Assembly: GCA_964187785.1 (NCBI GenBank)
Contig: OZ076409.1
Span: 62,684,001-62,748,000 of the forward strand
Length of the DNA: 64,000 bases
DNA from: Amphiscolops sp. MND2022
Taxonomy: Eukaryota
Direction: 5' to 3'
Below, piece by piece: positions 58,801-64,000 of the stretch (within the stretch, counting starts at the first letter, position 1; every line of letters begins with the position of its first letter). The notes beneath the pieces were generated by a model. It saw nothing but the letters and a program-made list of their open reading frames with translations. It had not been told where the DNA came from and did not search any database. The translations under genes were made by a program, and so were the position numbers.

Positions 58801-61800
58801 GATAGCAGAGCAAAGACTACGGGTACTTCCAAGATGTTATTACCGGAACCTTTCACTGGCTCCAATGAAACTGAAAGCTACATAACTCATTTGAGCTGTT
58901 GGCTCAACTCCAAAAATGGAAACGAACGTAGAAGCGGGACAGAAACGAGGTTGAAAAAGATCAACGGCCGCACTATTTTCCACTTCGGCTCCAAAAATCA
59001 ACAATTGATTTCTACCGTACCTTAACAGACCCTCGAAACGGTAGCTATGATGAAACAGTGACGACTTTCAGAACTCATTACACTGAAAAACCTGTGGTGT
59101 TCCGGGGACGGCTAGCAAGACGAATACCCTACCCTTGAGAAAAACTAACTAATTTTTTGGGGAATTTGCAAGGTTTAATTTTGAAAAGGTACCCAGGGGA
59201 GTCGAATGAGATACGGAACAACTTGGTTGTGTGTGGCTTTTTGGAGGGGATCCACTGCAGTGAAGTTCGACTTGATTTGAAAAAACCTAGTTGATACGGA
59301 ACTAACTATTGAGCGGATACTAGAGAGCGCTGTCACGAGAAATGAGGATGAAGAAAATGAACCCAGAGTTGCTGTGCTACAACCTGACAATGCAGAAAGA
59401 CCTATTTGCTCTGTGGATCAACTTGTTGAGTCTTTGTCACTCTCACGTCATTCGCGTAATGACAATCGCAAAGGAAATTCAGAGAGAAAGAATTTCGGAA
59501 GAAGTAGCTCCGGCGATTGTTATGCAAGCAGAGGTTTTGGGGATCGGGAAAGAAACGGAAGAGGTAGAGAGATGAATAGAAACCCTAGATTCAAGACCCT
59601 CACTCCAGGAAGCTCCCCGGGACTTTAGGGAAGATCGTATTCTCGAAGGAGGTTTCCGGTAACTGATCGAGAGGTGGGATTCCGAGATAGATGTTGTCGT
59701 ATCTGCGGGCATAATTGATACTGGGCGAGAGATTGCAAAAATTGTTTCAAGTGTGGTAGTTCACAGAGTTTCAAAAAAGATTGTCTGTTTTCAAACTAAA
59801 ACAGGCTAATGTAGAAATGTCCTCGCATTTGCCTAACTGTAACATGGCCATATTGGAAGTAACAGCCAACTAGAACACAGAGAAAACTCAAGTTTTTTAC
59901 TTGACATTCCTCATACGAGGGAAATGACGAAGACACTAGTAGACAGTGGAAGTAGCGTCTCAATAATCGATTGGTTGTTCCTAAACACACTGGGTTTCAA
60001 ATGAAAAATGGAAAGTTACAGTGGAAAATTTTTAACAGCAAACAAAACACACCTAACAGTGAAAAGAAAAGCAGAGCTGATTGTTCAGTTACAAAAGTTT
60101 TCGACCGAGTTTCGAGTTGGTTTTCTGATATCATCAATGGACATTTTTGATTGATTTTTGAGACTGGATTTTCTCACAGAACTAGATTGTATTTAGTATA
60201 TTAAACGGAAACATTTTTTCTACGGGAAGCTTTTGAAGACATTGGAATTGGAGTCAAGCATGCAAAACACTGGTACCATGTTTTTAATTGTCAGCTCAAC
60301 ACAAAGTATACCTTCGATAAGCCAAAAACTGCCCCAATGTGAAGTACGGGACGAACAAGGAAAACGTGTAAAAAGTTTCCAAGGATTAGTGAATCCAATA
60401 GAATCATACCAGGAGGCAACAGGGTTATGGGTAGCACAGTCACTGGTGAAAAACAGTGAAAGAATTTGTTGGGTACAACTTTTAAAAATCCACGACGAGG
60501 ATATTGTAATGTACAAAAGCTCCCGGTTCGGGAATTTGGTTGAAACGGAACTTGAGCAACTAGTTTTTTCACTTCAAGCAAAAAAATGAAGTTTCATTTC
60601 ACTGAAAGTTTCAACTTTGAAAAACACGTAAACCTTTACAGTATTCGTTTGACATGATCAATTGGACGCGGTAAAAAGTCTGTGCCAAAAGTACGAGAAA
60701 AATTGTTCAAAAAACTTGAATGTTTTAGGATTCAACAAACAAATAAAACATCATATCAAGCTCAAACAAACGCTAAGCCGTATTGTTGAGCGTATGGAAA
60801 CATGAGTTTGGACAAACAAAAGGATTAGCGGAAGCTGATCTAATAACACCAACCCATTCGGACTGGGCAGCACCCAGTATTTTGGTTCCAAAAAAAAGAC
60901 GTACTGTCGTAGACTACAGTGGACTCAACAAACAACTAGAGAAGACATGTTGGCCACTGTGTAGAATGAACGATGTGATTGATTCCCTTGAAGGGAACAT
61001 TTTTCTCGGGTATTGACATGACATAGGGATATTTTCAAATGGCTCTGAAAGGGGATGTTACAGTTGTTTTTATTAAAGACAGTCAGAATCTTACCGTCTT
61101 CATCACGCCTGTCGCCCTCTACAAATGGAAAGGTTTTCCATGGGACTCGCTTCTGCGAAAAGGGGTTTTTCAACACTTGATGGAGCTGCTTTTCAGTGGT
61201 TTGCCCTACGAAGTAGCGCTTGTTTACAAAGATAACCTTATAAGGTTAGGTAAAAACTTGCTCTTGTTAGTGGGTCACTTTTGTGGAGCTAGTTGAAATG
61301 CGAAAAAGTAAAAACGAAGTAACACAACAAATTAACTAAAGTGTCGGGTTGATAGCAGAGCAAAGACTACGGGTACTTCCAAGATGTTATTACCGGAACC
61401 TTTCACTGGCTCCAATGAAACTGAAAGCTACATAACTCATTTGAGCTGTTGGCTCAACTCCAAAAATGGAAACGAACGTAGAAGCGGGACAGAAACGAGG
61501 TTGAAAAAGATCAACGGCCGCACTATTTTCCACTTCGGCTCCAAAAATCAACAATTGATTTCTACCGTACCTTAACAGACCCTCGAAACGGTAGCTATGA
61601 TGAAACAGTGACGACTTTCAGAACTCATTACACTGAAAAACCTGTGGTGTTCCGGGGACGGCTAGCAAGACGAATACCCTACCCTTGAGAAAAACTAACT
61701 AATTTTTTGGGGAATTTGCAAGGTTTAATTTTGAAAAGGTACCCAGGGGAGTCGAATGAGATACGGAACAACTTGGTTGTGTGTGGCTTTTTGGAGGGGA

Positions 61801-64000
61801 TCCACTGCAGTGAAGTTCGACTTGATTTGAAAAAACCTAGTTGATACGGAACTAACTATTGAGCGGATACTAGAGAGCGCTGTCACGAGAAATGAGGATG
61901 AAGAAAATGAACCCAGAGTTGCTGTGCTACAACCTGACAATGCAGAAAGACCTATTTGCTCTGTGGATCAACTTGTTGAGTCTTTGTCACTCTCACGTCA
62001 TTCGCGTAATGACAATCGCAAAGGAAATTCAGAGAGAAAGAATTTCGGAAGAAGTAGCTCCGGCGATTGTTATGCAAGCAGAGGTTTTGGGGATCGGGAA
62101 AGAAACGGAAGAGGTAGAGAGATGAATAGAAACCCTAGATTCAAGACCCTCACTCCAGGAAGCTCCCCGGGACTTTAGGGAAGATCGTATTCTCGAAGGA
62201 GGTTTCCGGTAACTGATCGAGAGGTGGGATTCCGAGATAGATGTTGTCGTATCTGCGGGCATAATTGATACTGGGCGAGAGATTGCAAAAATTGTTTCAA
62301 GTGTGGTAGTTCACAGAGTTTCAAAAAAGATTGTCTGTTTTCAAACTAAAACAGGCTAATGTAGAAATGTCCTCGCATTTGCCTAACTGTAACATGGCCA
62401 TATTGGAAGTAACAGCCAACTAGAACACAGAGAAAACTCAAGTTTTTTACTTGACATTCCTCATACGAGGGAAATGACGAAGACACTAGTAGACAGTGGA
62501 AGTAGCGTCTCAATAATCGATTGGTTGTTCCTAAACACACTGGGTTTCAAATGAAAAATGGAAAGTTACAGTGGAAAATTTTTAACAGCAAACAAAACAC
62601 ACCTAACAGTGAAAAGAAAAGCAGAGCTGATTGTGCAGTTACAAAAGTTTTCGACCGAGTTTCGAGTTGGTTTTCTGATATCATCAATGGACATTTTTGA
62701 TTGATTTTTGAGACTGGATTTTCTCACAGAACTAGATTGTATTTAGTATATTAAACGGAAACATTTTTTCTACGGGAAGCTTTTGAAGACATTGGAATTG
62801 GAGTCAAGCATGCAAAACACTGGTACCATGTTTTTAATTGTCAGCTCAACACAAAGTATACCTTCGATAAGCCAAAAACTGCCCCAATGTGAAGTACGGG
62901 ACGAACAAGGAAAACGTGTAAAAAGTTTCCAAGGATTAGTGAATCCAATAGAATCATACCAGGAGGCAACAGGGTTATGGGTAGCACAGTCACTGGTGAA
63001 AAACAGTGAAGGAATTTGTTGGGTACAACTTTTAAAAATCCACGACGAGGATATTGTAATGTACAAAAGCTCCCGGTTCGGGAATTTGTTGAAACGGAAC
63101 TTGAGCAACTAGTTTTTTCACTTCAAGCAAAAAAATGAAGTTTCATTTCACTGAAAGTTTCAACTTTGAAAAACACGTAAACCTTTACAGTATTCGTTTG
63201 ACATGAGATCAATTGGACGCGGTAAAAAGTCTGTGCCAAAAGTACGAGAAAAATTGTTCAAAAAACTTGAATGTTTTAGGATTCAACAAACAAATAAAAC
63301 ATCATATCAAGCTCAAACAAACGCTAAGCCGTATTGTTGAGCGTATGGAAACATGAGTTTGGACAAACAAAAGGATTAGCGGAAGCTGATCTAATAACAC
63401 CAACTCATTCGCACTGGGCAGCACCCAGTATTTTGGTTCCAAAAAAAAGACGTACTGTCGTAGACTACAGTGGACTCAACAAACAACTAGAGAAGACATG
63501 TTGGCCACTGTGTAGAATCAACGATGTGATTGGTTCCCTTGAAGGGAACATTTTTCCCGAGTATTGACATGACATAGGGATATTTTCAAATGGCTCTGAA
63601 AGGGGATGTTACAGTTGTTTTTTTTAAAGACAGTCAGAATCTTACCGTCTTCATCACGCCTGTCGCCCTCTACAAATGGAAAGGTTTTCCATGGGACTCG
63701 CTTCTGCGAAAAGGGGTTTTTCAACACTTGATGGAGCTGCTTTTCAGTGGTTTGCCCTACGAAGTAGCGCTTGTTTACAAAGATAACCTTATAAGGTTAG
63801 GTAAAAACTTTGAGGAGCATCTAGAAAGACTGGAGCTTGTTTTCGGAAGACTGGAGAAATAGGGATTGAAAATCGAAGGATCAAAATGCAATTTCTTTCA
63901 AAGAAGATTATGTTTTTGGGCCACGCCATCTCGGAGAAAGCTGTGGAGGTGGACCAAGAGTAAGTGAAAGCCGTAGAGGAAATGACAGCACCCACCAATT
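55840..64000 (+). mobile_element. Decayed Ty3/Gypsy retrotransposon (gag-PR-RT) running off the window
   Basis: LPEPFTG gag-like start, LVDSGSSVS protease, SDWAAPSILVPKK..VVDYSGLN, GYFQMAL, FEEHLERLELVFGRL, FLGH.IS. Confidence 0.85.
56157..63809 (+). repeat. Three tandem copies of a unit of about 2550 bp
   Basis: Units start GCTCTTGTTAGTGGGTCAC at about 56157, 58710 and 61260; ORFs recur at 56281/58834/61384. Confidence 0.97.

Noticed and set aside
56157..63809. Repeated short ORFs (e.g. 118 aa MKTLELES..) as a tandem host gene family
   Set aside because: They are frameshifted fragments of one Gypsy gag-pol repeated three times.

Overview
Repeat-rich eukaryotic (invertebrate-animal-like) genomic DNA, not prokaryotic. 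There are two host genes, both on the minus strand. The first is TCERG1/CA150 (3 WW domains plus FF repeats): 12 GT-AG coding exons at 28525..16878 splice in frame to 1025 aa, and a candidate extra first coding exon lies at 43051..42807. The second is two exons of an SLC23/NCS2 nucleobase-ascorbate transporter (4717..3850); the intron between them seems to need a non-canonical GG donor and is closed by a 13-bp terminal stem. The rest is stacked transposons: an apparently intact 1.84-kb hAT (14-bp TIRs, 8-bp TSD, full transposase); decayed BEL/Pao, Gypsy and Copia LTR elements; RTE-, CR1/L2-, I-group- and RLE-type LINE remnants; more than 10 copies of a DINE-1/HINE-like non-autonomous Helentron family; modular 9-bp-TSD foldback MITEs; a 1.8-kb tandem duplication; and a 2.55-kb triplication with a chimeric middle copy. 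All calls come from reading motifs by eye with no database search, and the boundaries of decayed repeats are approximate.
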